DNA from: an uncultured candidatus Porisulfidus sp.
GTDB taxonomy: Bacteria > Pseudomonadota > Gammaproteobacteria > Poriferisulfidales > Oxydemutatoraceae
Length of the DNA: 64,000 nt
Assembly (NCBI GenBank): GCA_965215125.1
Contig: OZ244052.1
Span: 1,888,001-1,952,000, forward strand
Reading direction: 5' to 3'
Under the pieces are notes generated by a model, which saw only the letters and a program-made list of their open reading frames with translations, searched no databases and was not told where the DNA came from. This document shows, piece by piece, positions 43,701 to 55,700 of this stretch (positions within the stretch are counted from its first letter, which is position 1; each line of letters opens with the position of its first letter). Both the position numbers and the translations under genes were made by a program.

Positions 43701-46700
43701 GTCTATGTCGGTGCCGTCGTCGCCGATAACGCTGTTGCCCAACTGATCGCAACGACGATGGAAGCAAATGCGACCTATAGTGTCTATTTGGGTCCTCGTG
43801 AAATACCGTTGCTCAGCGATGCCCGAAGCGGTACGACGACAACCGAGATTACTCTGAGCGCGCGCGAAGCGACTCGTATAGTTATCGAAGTCAAAGGAAC
43901 CGAGACAGAAGGAACCGAGACAGTACGCTATATCCTCTATCTAAAACACTTGAATAACGCACTCGCGGTTGATGCCGACCACGACGGGCTCATCGAGATA
44001 GACTCTTTGGAAGACCTCAATGCGATTCGCTTCGTAGCCGACAGTAGCGGTTATCGTGCGAATGCCCGGACGGCTAGCAATTCGGCAGGTTGTCCGAACG
44101 GTCTATGCCGCGGCTACGAATTGACCGGAAATCTGGACTTTAACAATCCCGACGATTACGAAAATATAGATAACAGGGCGCGATGGCATGACGACGGCAG
44201 TTGGCCTCCCATAGGGAACCCCGTGCGGTTCTTTACCGGCACTTTCAACGGCAACGGCTTTGCAATTTCCAACTTAAAAGTCAGAGCGAACGGCGGACTT
44301 TTCGGGGTTATAGGCTCCGATCGCGAAGCCGAGGCTGCCGATGTGCGCAATTTCATTAGAGGACTCGGCTTGTTGAATGTAGATATTCAAGGCGATGTCG
44401 TCGGTGGCATCGCGAGATATTGCAATCGCTGTAGTATCGATAACACTTATGTCGTCGCTCGCATAAAAGGCACCGAAAGTGCTGCCGGCTTCGTCAACGA
44501 GTATTCAATATCGTCTACATCGTCGCCCGATATATTCATCCACAACAGCTATTTCATCGGTCGCGTCGATGCGCGGCACATTGCCGGCGGTTTTATAGGT
44601 AGCGGCGATTTTCATCCGCGAATTTCCGATAGTTATGTAATCGGCAGAATAATAGCCGGCAGTAGCGTAGCACAAGTCGGTAGCTTTGCGGCAACCGGTT
44701 TGGATAATTTTAATATCGCCCGTAGTTTTGCTGCCGCGTCGGCAACCCGCGCCGGAGTGCCGCAAGGCTTATCGGGAGGTGGCATCGGCAACGGTTCCAT
44801 TGAAGCGACCTATATAGACGGTGACATTGCCGGTTTGCAAACTGCCGAGCCGGCCGATGTTCAAAGCACCGAAGCACTTCAGATACCGACCGATGCAATC
44901 GGTATCTATAGCCGATGGCGCACCGAAAACTGGGATTTCGGCACCCGCGAACAATATCCGGCAATCAAATACTCGCAATGCGAGGAAACCGCTTCGGCGT
45001 TTTGTGGTAGCGTATTCCCTTATCAGGGTGGCTTGCTCAAAAGCCTAAAACTACCTGAAAATATAGGCATCAATCCGCCCTTTGATTTTGCTACATTTAA
45101 CTACGAGATCGCGGTTCCTCTGGGCCAAAAGATTTTGCAATTCACTCCCGAATCGTTCGGCACGAGTGCGACGATTGCAATTTCCGTGGACGGTGTCATG
45201 CTTGCCGAAGTGCCGAGTGGTCGTATCGTGCCGAGAATTACTTTGGATACGCGAGGTGAGACGATAGTGGATGTGGTCGTAAAGGAAAGCACCGACCGTA
45301 CCTCGTACCGTTACCGCTTTACCGTCTTCAATCTGGATGTGAGAATATACACCACGGCGATAGATGCCGACGACGACGGACTGATAGATGTAGGTACCCC
45401 CGAGCAGTTGAATGCGATGCGCTATAGCTTGGACGGCAGTTTTTATAGAGAGCGTGCCGACGGTGCCCGAGTTTATTGTCGTAGCGGTTGCCGTGGCTAC
45501 GAACTGAACGCCGATATAGACTTGACAGGAGTTGATTGGCAACCTATAGGCGGTAGCGATGCCGGCTTCAACACGCACTTCAACGGTAACGGCTATACCC
45601 TATCCAATCTGACTTGGAATGCCCCCGTTTCCGATGATATAGGCTTGTTTCATACCCTAGGTGAAAATGCGAGGATAGAAGATATCCGACTGATAGACCC
45701 CCAAATCCGTATAACACAGGTTGATAGCCCCGATCGCTTGATCGGCACTTTGGCGGCAACCAACTTCGGCATTATCTTCAATAGTCGGGTTGAAAATGCC
45801 ACCATCGATATTCAACGGTCATCTACCAATACCAGTGTCGGGGGTTTGGTTGCCGACAACAGAGGTGTCATTGTCAACAGCGGAGTGGCAGGCGGTTCCA
45901 TGATAACGGCATCGGACCCCGGCAACTTGGCAGGTTTAGTACATTTGAATTCAAACGGTGTCATTCACGGCAGTTTTGCAACCATTTCGATCTCCGCTAA
46001 AAATAGCAACCGATTTAGAGCTGCGGGTTTGGTTAATACCAACAATAATCAATCGGTAATAAGCGATAGCTATGCGCAAGGCGATATTGCATTTGACTTC
46101 GGTGGCTCCAGAGCGGGTTTGGTAGAGCGCAACAACGCAAGCATTGAAAACAGTTATTCAACCGTGAACATTAGAGGTAACGGAGGCGGTCTGGTAGAAT
46201 CCCGATTTTCGGATAGTACCATTCGTAATAGCTATTGGGATGCCGACACCAGCGGTCAAACTACCGGTTTGGCAGGCACCTCTCGAACGACGGTGGAGCT
46301 ACAATCCGGTGTTGCGCAAAATAATAATATCGATACCGTCTACTATCAGTGGAATCCCGAGCATTGGCATTTCGGCAATAGCGACCAATACCCGACCGTA
46401 CTCTACCAAGACGGTAATCTCGATTTGTGTAGAGAGCCGACCGAAACACAACTGCAACGCTGTGCCGGCTTGGTTTCCGGCGGGTTATCGGAAGCCGACC
46501 GTGCGATCGTCTGTCGCGACCGTTTGCCCGGAAATAGAGTAGACCCGCCGTATTGCGGTGCATTGGTGCCGAGTCAAGCTCGAGTCGGTTTGATCGGACT
46601 GGAACTTTCTGCCGGTGTGGAATTGGTACCGGAATTCAGTCCCGAAGTGGAGTCGTATGAATTGAATGTGGACTCAGGGACTACCACATTCGATATCATG

Positions 46701-49700
46701 CCGACCGCCTATTATCAAACCGACACCGTTTCGTTGATAACCGGTAGTGATGAGCGTATCGTTGCCGACAACACCAGCCGACGTCTCGATATAGCCGATA
46801 TAGACGACTTCAGCCTAGCGGTACGCGCCGCTGCCACGACCCGCACGCGACTCTATACGGTTGTTTTGAGAGAGACAACCGTGCCGGAAGCGGTGAGAAT
46901 GGGAATACAAATCTCGGCATTGGACGGCTTGAATTTGTTCCCCGATTTTTCGCAAGATATAACCGACTACGGCGTGACCGCCTATTCCGACACATCGCAC
47001 ATGCGTCTGCTCGTGTCGGCAATGGACACGGTGGCAGGTTTTATACCGGATGTTGAAGTCACCGGTGCCGGCGGGATGGATGCCGAATTGAATTCCCCTC
47101 TAACCCAACTCACAAAATTCTTTAATGTGCCGCTAAACGATGTCGGCATGACGACGATTACGGTGACCGTGAGTTCCGGGTTTCGCTATCGTTTTGAATA
47201 TACCATTAATGTGGATCGTCTACCTTTTTCAATTCCGATCAACAGCAAAGGCGATCGTCTTGCCGATGTCGACGGCAACGGCTTGTTGGAAGTCGGAACG
47301 GTGGAGCAGTTGGATGCGATGCGCTATCAACCGAACGGTAGCGGTTATCGTGCGAGCGGGACGGTGAGCGAGATAAACAGCGGCTGTCCCCCCAGCGGTT
47401 GCATAGGTTATGAACTGGTAGCAGATTTAGATTTTCTCGACGAGTCCAGCTACGATAACGCACAGCTTACGATGCCGTTATGGACGACCGGTGCCGGGTG
47501 GCAACCGATAGGCAGCCGGACAAATCCTTTTACCTCCCGGTTTGTTTCTTCGGACCGTACGATTTCAAATCTATCTATCCGTCGTCGCGGTAGCGATGAT
47601 ATCGGTTTATTCGGTGTCATCCGCGGTGCCGTAATTATTAATGGTATCGGTTTAATCAATGTAGAGATTGCCGGCAATAACCGTGTCGGTGCGTTGGTCG
47701 GTGTAGATCTAGGAGGCAATAGCCGAATCATCAACAGCTATGCATCCGGTACGGTACGCGCTTTCGGCGACGATGCCGATGGCTTGGCCGGAGTCCACCG
47801 CGGTAATGCCGGTGGCTTGGTCGGAGTCCACCGCGGTCGGATCGTCAACAGCTTTGTAAGCGGCTTGGTGACCGCACCCGACGGTGCTGCCGGCGGATTG
47901 GTCGGTAGCTTATTGAGCGGCAATATCGACAACAGCTATGCCGGCGGTGCGGTGATAGGTAGGTTTGCCGGCGGCTTGGTCGGATCGATGCAAACCGCTG
48001 TCATCACCAACAGCTATGCGGCGGTTTCGATCGGCGGTAATACGGGAGGTGGCTTAGTCGGCATCGTTGCCCGCGGCGGCGCATCGACGATTGATGATAG
48101 TTATGCGGTCGGTCGCAATAGTTCCGGCGATGCCAAAGGTTTGGCGAGCGAAGAGCAAGCCGGCTTGCTCACCGTCACCACTAGCTACTGGGATAGCGAT
48201 GTTGCGAATGTTTCCACCAGCGACGGTGGTGGTAGCGGTCGGACCACCGCAAACCTTCGGCAGACTATCAGTAATACCGGAATCTACGCCGGCTGGGCGG
48301 AAGAACACTGGTGGTTCGTCCCTAGAGAGCAGTACCCGAGGCTAAGATATCAAAGCCAATGTGAGACCTCCGGCAGTACGACGAGACCGGATTGCGGTGA
48401 GCTATTGCCCGGACAATATACCGGTTTGATGAGATTGACATTTTCGCAGGAAGTTCTACATCTGGAGCCGCAGTTTAACCCGAGAATATTCGATTATGCG
48501 CTTACGCTGAAAGCCGACGAGACGCAATTCACAATGACACCGACTTGGTATAACAACAATCAAGTTGGGATTAGCGATACCAGCGGCACGAATTCGTCGC
48601 AGAAAGTGAGCAGCGGTCAAGAGTCCGCTTCAATCACGGTGCCGGTGAACGGACTGAACATTATGGTGCGTGCCACCGGTACTACAATTATCAATAACGA
48701 AGACAAAAACCTAATATATCGTATAAGCGTCAGTCGCCATCCCTATTTAACGCTCGGCGATGTAGATGAGGACGACGACGGCTTGATAGAGGTGCGCGAT
48801 TTTAGAGATTTGAATGCGATGCGCTATCAGCTGGACGGTAGCGGCTATAGAGCGTCGACCACAGCCGAAAAGATTAGCGTAGGTTGTCCCTCGTCCACCG
48901 GCTGTATCGGCTACGAGTTGGCAACGAGCATCGACTTCGCGAGGAGAAATTGGAATCCTATAGGAGCGAGCGGTGCCGGTGGCTTTAGTTGTGATCACCC
49001 GACGAGCGAGTGTTTTGCGGCGATATTCGACGGTAACCGAGATTTGGGTTATGAAATTTCCAATTTAAGTATAGCCGCATCCGATGCCGACAATGTCGGA
49101 CTATTCGCTTATTTATCTGCCGCAGCCGGGGTTAGAAACCTCGTTTTATCGAATATATCGCTGCAAGGCAGCGAGGGTGTCGGTGGTATCGCCGGCTACA
49201 GTGCCGGGACTCTGGAGAATAACGGGGTCGACGGTACGGTAGTCGGCAAAGCCTATCTAGGCGGTGTCGTCGGATATAACGACGGCCTTATCAGAGAGAA
49301 TTTTGCCGATGTCGTGGTCGGTGGAGACACCTCGGGCGAGAACGACAACATCGGTGGTTTGGTCGGTTATAACACCGATAGGATCTTCAACAGCTATGCG
49401 ATCGGCAGCGTATCGGGTGATAACAACATCGGTGGTTTGGTCGGTCGTAGCGAGCGTGGCGGTCATATTATCAACAGCCATGCAAACAATCGTGTGTCGG
49501 GTATAAACCATATCGGTGGTTTGGTCGGGCGCAACGACGACAATTCAAGAATTCTCAGTAGTTATGCTTTGGGTGAGGTTTCGGGTAACACCGGGGTCGG
49601 TGGTTTGGTCGGTTTGAATTTCGGTATACTACGGGATACCTACGCAAGCGGTAATATCGTCGCAAGCGATAGGGTCGGCGGTTTGGTCGGTGATAACCGT

Positions 49701-52700
49701 AATGCTGACAATAATGCAATCGGCAATAGTTATGCTATCGGACGAGTGCGAGGTGATACCGAAGTCGGTGGTTTGATCGGCTACAACACCGGCACCGGCA
49801 ACATCACCGATAGTTATTGGGATATGAACACGAGCGGACTCACGCAAAGTGCCGGTGGCAGCGGCCAAACCACTGCTAGATTGCGAATCGACATAATAGG
49901 TTCTGGTACAACTATTTTTGGTTCAAGTAATAGTATCTTTCTTCATTGGGATTTGGCGCAATGGCAATCCAGCCGCAATCAATATCCGATACTCAAATAT
50001 GCAAACTACAGTATCGACGGCAGTCGGACATGTCGCTTCGTTGATTCCAGAATATTACAACAAAGCCCGGAACTAGTGCCCGACGACTTGGCAATATGCG
50101 GTCAGAGCACTAATATACTTCAACCTCGAACATTCCAGAGTTACGGTTTGAACAGTTTGCTTAGTTTAGGAATTCCGCAGTTGTCGCCGCAATTTTCACC
50201 GACCAGGTTGCGTTATCGGGTTGATGTAGAGTTTGACGAAGCGGTTGAGAGATCACTGTTGCTATCATTAGTACCGACTGCTGCGGATCCCGATGCGATC
50301 ATCGATATTGCCTATAACGGAGAGCAAAGCACCGTTGCCAGCGGTGCCGGCGAGGAAATCGTGCTGGATCCGGCAAGCGAGGATGACATTATTATCACTG
50401 TGCGAACCCCTAGTCCGGATGCCAAGTCCAACCCCAAATCGGTCGTTGAATATGTGCTGGAGCTCGATTATTTTGTCGTCGATCTCGCCAGAGAGATAGT
50501 AATCGCCGTGAACCGAGAAGTCGATAGCGACGGCGACGGTTTGATAGAGATCAATTATCTGGAGGATTTGGATGCGGTGCGCAACGATGTCGACGGCATA
50601 GTTTATCGCTACACATTCCCCAATGGTATATCGGTACGGAGTGCAACGGGTTGTCCCACCACCCCGACTGTCGGTTGTCGGGGCTACGAACTGATAAGAG
50701 ATTTGGATTTTCTCGATCCCGACAGCTATCTCTCGGGCACGGTGAACCTCGATTGGGTGAATCGCTGGGATCCTATAGCCAACACTGAGTTTTCTGAATG
50801 CAATTTGGGTACCTGTTTCAACGGAATCTTCGACGGCAACAATCATACCATTCATAATCTGCGTATCGGTGCCGATGTCGGCAAAGACGCAGCAGGTTTG
50901 TTTCATTCCATAGGTCGGACGGGCCGCGTTAGCAATTTGAGTTTAAGAAATGTTACGATTGAAAATTTGGCACCGAGGACGGTTCAAGTCGGTAGCTTGG
51001 CAGGCCATAGTTATGGCACTATTTCCAATACCCGTGTAATCAACGGCAAGATTTTAATAGACCAACCCCCGATACCCGATGATAGGGGTGGTGTGGGTCG
51101 CGATAGACGAGGTGTCGGTGGCTTGGTCGGTACCAATGAAGTCGGCGGCATTGTCCGGTATAGTTCGGCACATATCGATGTTTCAACACATATCGATGAT
51201 TCAACCATGGCTGGAATCTCGGATATACGGACAGGCGGATTGGTAGGCAGTGGCAGAACGGGAGGAAAGATATTTAACAGCTACGCAATCGGTACGGTGA
51301 CGGGAGATTTCATAGCTGGTTTGGTAGGATTTCGAGACAATGTAAATAATGTCGTTGAAAATAGTTATATGATGGTTAAATTAAACATAATCGGTCGAGA
51401 GAATCCCAATTCGAATCTCATCGGTACAATTAGTGGCATAAGCGTGGATAGTCCTTTCTTGACTTTTAGGGATGCGATCAAAAATAGTTATGTAGCCGGT
51501 AGGTTCGTCAATAACTCGGGGCTGGCTACGAATCGGTTTTTTCTAAACATATTCACTCCGAGACCGGGCTTAGGGGATAACGACAAATATCTCTTCTTTG
51601 ACGAATTATCCTCAGGACGCGCAGGAGCCACGGATAGTTACTGGGATGAAAATTTCGGCAATATTAACCGCAATATTGCCAGTCGTCGGATGACTGCGCA
51701 ATTACAAATGCCGACCACCTCAACCGGTATTTATGAAAATTGGAGTACTGCCGATTGGGATTTCGGCACCGCTTCGCAGTATCCGACGCTGAGAGCTGCC
51801 GATGGTGAGTTGGCACCCGAGGTATGGGATATGTTGGTAGACGATATCGCACCGACAAGAGCTCTGATATTGCCCGACGAGGACATGTTCGATCAATTCA
51901 TTTTCAGAGGGCGACAGCTGATAGTCGACGGCAATCGTCTGCTTGCGCCGATTACGCTCGACACGGATCCTGCCGTTGCCGACATCGAAGTTGAGATCTA
52001 CTGCGACCGCTTCCGTTGTCGGTTGGCAGACCCCGACGATAGTACCTCGGTTATTTTAGGCACTACCGATACCCGGCAGATTAGGTTCACCGCCCGTCGT
52101 GGCAACCGAGTGTCGGATTATAATTTCGATGTTGCCTACGATGAATTGTTCCTAAACAATGTCGATAACATCAGCGTAGACGAAGGCGACACCTTCGATG
52201 TGATCGGTGAATACCCGGATAAATTAGGGCTTAGCACGACGCCGAATTTCACGATCAAATGGTCGCAAATAACGGAAACGGATCCGTCCATAGCCCTTGT
52301 AGATACCAATCGCTTAAACCTCGGATTAAGACCGCAGGCAAATGTGGTGGCCGAGAGTAGCGACCATAGCATCGTCACATTTAGGCTGGAAGTCGGCATC
52401 GGAGATCAAGCACACATCGTTAGAGACATATCGGCGCGTATCAACAAGGTCAACAATGCACCGCCCACCGGAAGCCTCGCACTTCAACTCGCCGATAATA
52501 GGAGAATAAGGTTCGTAGTATTATCGCAACCGAACGATATAGACGGTGGTCTCGGTCAGCCTACGCTACAATTTCAACGGCGTCTCGTCGGCGATAGAAG
52601 CGGGATTTGGGATAACTTTCAACTGCCGGAATCGCCTCCCAATCTCTATACCGCGCCGCTCGAAGCCAGAAGTTATGAATATCGTATCGTTGCCTCATAT

Positions 52701-55700
52701 CGAGACGGACAGGGTTATAGCGAATCGTTAATAACGAATTCGGTCACAATCATTTCAACCCAGGACCCCGACGGCGACTTTGTTTTGAATGACGACGACA
52801 TAGACGACGATAACGATGGATTGATAGAAATCCGCTGCTTGGAAGACCTCAACAGGGTGCGCTATGAGTTGGACGGTAGAGGTTACAAAGACAGCGAGGA
52901 TGACGCGTTGAATACCACCGGTTGCCCGATTGGTGGTTGTATCGGCTACGAGTTGGTGGAGAACCTCGATTTTGAGGACGATGCAAGCTACTGTACATCG
53001 GATACGGATACGACTGCGCGCGACGCACTCAAGGCTGCGTGGACGGTGGCGCAGGGCAATTTCGGAAATCCCAGAGATCTGAGCTGGCAACCGATAGGGG
53101 GTGTCTTCAGCGCGGTGTTTGACGGAAATAACAACAAAATCTCAAATCTGCAAATAAATAGTAGCGTTCCGACAACACAAACAAATGTGGGTTTATTCTC
53201 CGTTATCGGTGCAAACGCAAAAGTTGAAAATCTGCAGCTTGAAGATGTTGCGATCAAAGGCTTCGTGGTTAGGAGAAACATAGGCGGCATCGCCGGCACT
53301 TTGCGCCGCGACGGCTTAGTTTTTAATAGTTATGTGACCGGTAATACCGAGAGAAACAATACCAATAAAGTAATCTCGGGGGATTTGGGAATTATGGGGG
53401 GGTTGATCGGCTTGAACCGAGGTAACATCCTCAATAGTTATGCACAAATTAATATACGCTTGGATGCGAGGAGCGGGACCCTACCACCGGTGACGAGTGA
53501 TGTCAAGTTCGCCGGTGGATTAGTCGGTGAGAATAGCGGCGGCGGCAAGATTCTAAACAGCTATTATGCAAACGGAGAAATTCTCGGACCTTGTGCTGTC
53601 GGTGGATTGGTCGGGGTTCAAAGATCCGAGAACCGGAATACGCTGTCGCTGACCAGCGAAATCAGAAATAGTTATGTCTTTGCTGCCAGAGTGCAACTGA
53701 ACCGTGCCGAGTCTCGTTGCGGAAACTGGATCAACAATACCGTGTATGCCGGCGGGTTGGTCGGTTTTAGTGCCGATTCTCCCATTACCAATAGCTATGT
53801 AGGAAATGGGACCAGGGCATTTAGAGACGGCAATAGAAACACATGTTCTAGTAGTCAAATAGCACTCCAAAATTTCTCTGTAGACGGTGATCCTATCACA
53901 AGAAATATTGCAATTCGTCTCGGCGGCTTTGCCGGGCGTGTCAACAACAATGATATAACCGACGGTTATTGGGAATACAACGGTTATCAGTGTAGTAGTG
54001 GTCCTAATCCATACTATGGCTTGGCTGATTCGCCGCTCAGAGCCAGGCATGGCAATGACGAATTGATATTTCCTACAGCTCCGAATGCGGCACCGCTAGA
54101 CGGCCAATGTGAGGATCTTAGGCTTGGTACTGGTACTAATTCAAAGTATTCTTGTACAACTTATACAAACTGGAGCACCGACGATTGGTTCTTCGGTAGT
54201 AGCAATGAATACCCGTTTATTAGACACGCTGTCGGATTGGTTAGAAATAATCCGGGTTGCGATTTTGACGACAATACCTCATTGCCTGAATGCGGTGCTT
54301 TATTGCCCGGTCGACCGCGCAGTGACCTGAATGTAAGAGACAACCCAGTACCCGGGTTATCGCCACCTCTGCAGGTAGATATCCCGCCGCAAGCGAGAAT
54401 TCGCTATGCCGTCGACGGCGATACCCTAACCGAACTAAACGCACCGAATACGATCACTATAGACGAGGGAGAGACCCTGACCTTGGATGCATTGCGGAGT
54501 ATCTCGGCAAATAATACGCCTTTGAACTATTTATGGAGGCAGGCGAGCGGTCCCATGTTGTTGCTCGAGCCGGTTGCCGGCACCGAGATTCAACTTCGTG
54601 CCGCCGATGATTTCGTAGCTGCCGATGTGGATAGCGCACAAGTTGTTATCTGGTTGGAACTCGGAGAGAGAAACAATCCCGATTTGTTCACATTAACAAG
54701 TATCACGCTGAATGTCATTAAGCGCAACAGCCAAGGTAGCCTGACTGTCGATTGGTTGGGTGATGCAGTGTTGTATTTATCCGAAATCAACGACCCCGAC
54801 GGTGGTCCTTTCACCGATGTTGAGTATCAATGGCGCCGCGGGAGTGACGGAAGATTCGTCGATATCATAGGTGCCAACGAATTGAGTTATAGAGTGCCGC
54901 CGGAAGCCAGGGACAGTCAGTATCGTCTGCAAGTCGGGTATACCGACGGACAAGGTTATTTCAATCGCGTTTCCTTCGACGCACAACCGTACTCGACGAT
55001 TGCCGATTTGGTCGATAAAGACCGAGACGGATTGATAGAGATTTCTACGATAGAGCAACTGAGTGCCATCCGCCATCAACCCGACGGCAGCGGCTATAAA
55101 GCCGAAATGAACGGTGCATCCGATAGTAGCGGTTGTCCGGGCGGGACTTGTCGCGGTTACGAATTGGTTAGGAATTTGGATTTCGACGACCGCGCTAGTT
55201 ATAGCAGTACTGCGACCGATGTGATAGAACAATGGGATAATTGGAATGGAATTGATAATTTTAATACCGTTTTTGAAGGCAACGAATTGACGATTTCAAA
55301 TCTAAAAATAATCGGCGAAGCGAATAGTTCGAATATAGGTCTGTTCGGTAGAACACTACAAGCGGCTGAAATTCGGAATATCAGCTTGGCACAAGCCAGT
55401 GTGCAGGGCGCAAACAGGGTGGGCATGCTCGCCGGTAATTTTACCGGTCGTGCGATTACCGACAGTCATGTGTTGAGTGGTGATGTCGTCGTAACCGGTG
55501 AAATCGGCGGTTGTTTGATCGGCCGTGCCGGCGGCAACGCGACTATTAGTGATAGTTCGGTAAATTGTACGATAACCGGATACAATACCGTGGGTGGTTT
55601 GGTCGGTGAGAGTTCTGCAGGAATTGAGCGTAGCTTTGCAACCGGTGCGGTTGTAGAATTGCCGCTATCCAATCTAAGCCGCACAATCGAGATCGGAGGA

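Noticed and set aside
25392-49757. Several RGD tripeptides in the giant protein (~25392, 25470, 39129, 40908, 49749)
   Set aside because: A handful is expected by chance in a G/D-rich ~13,800-aa protein, and most sit in regular GLUG rung positions.
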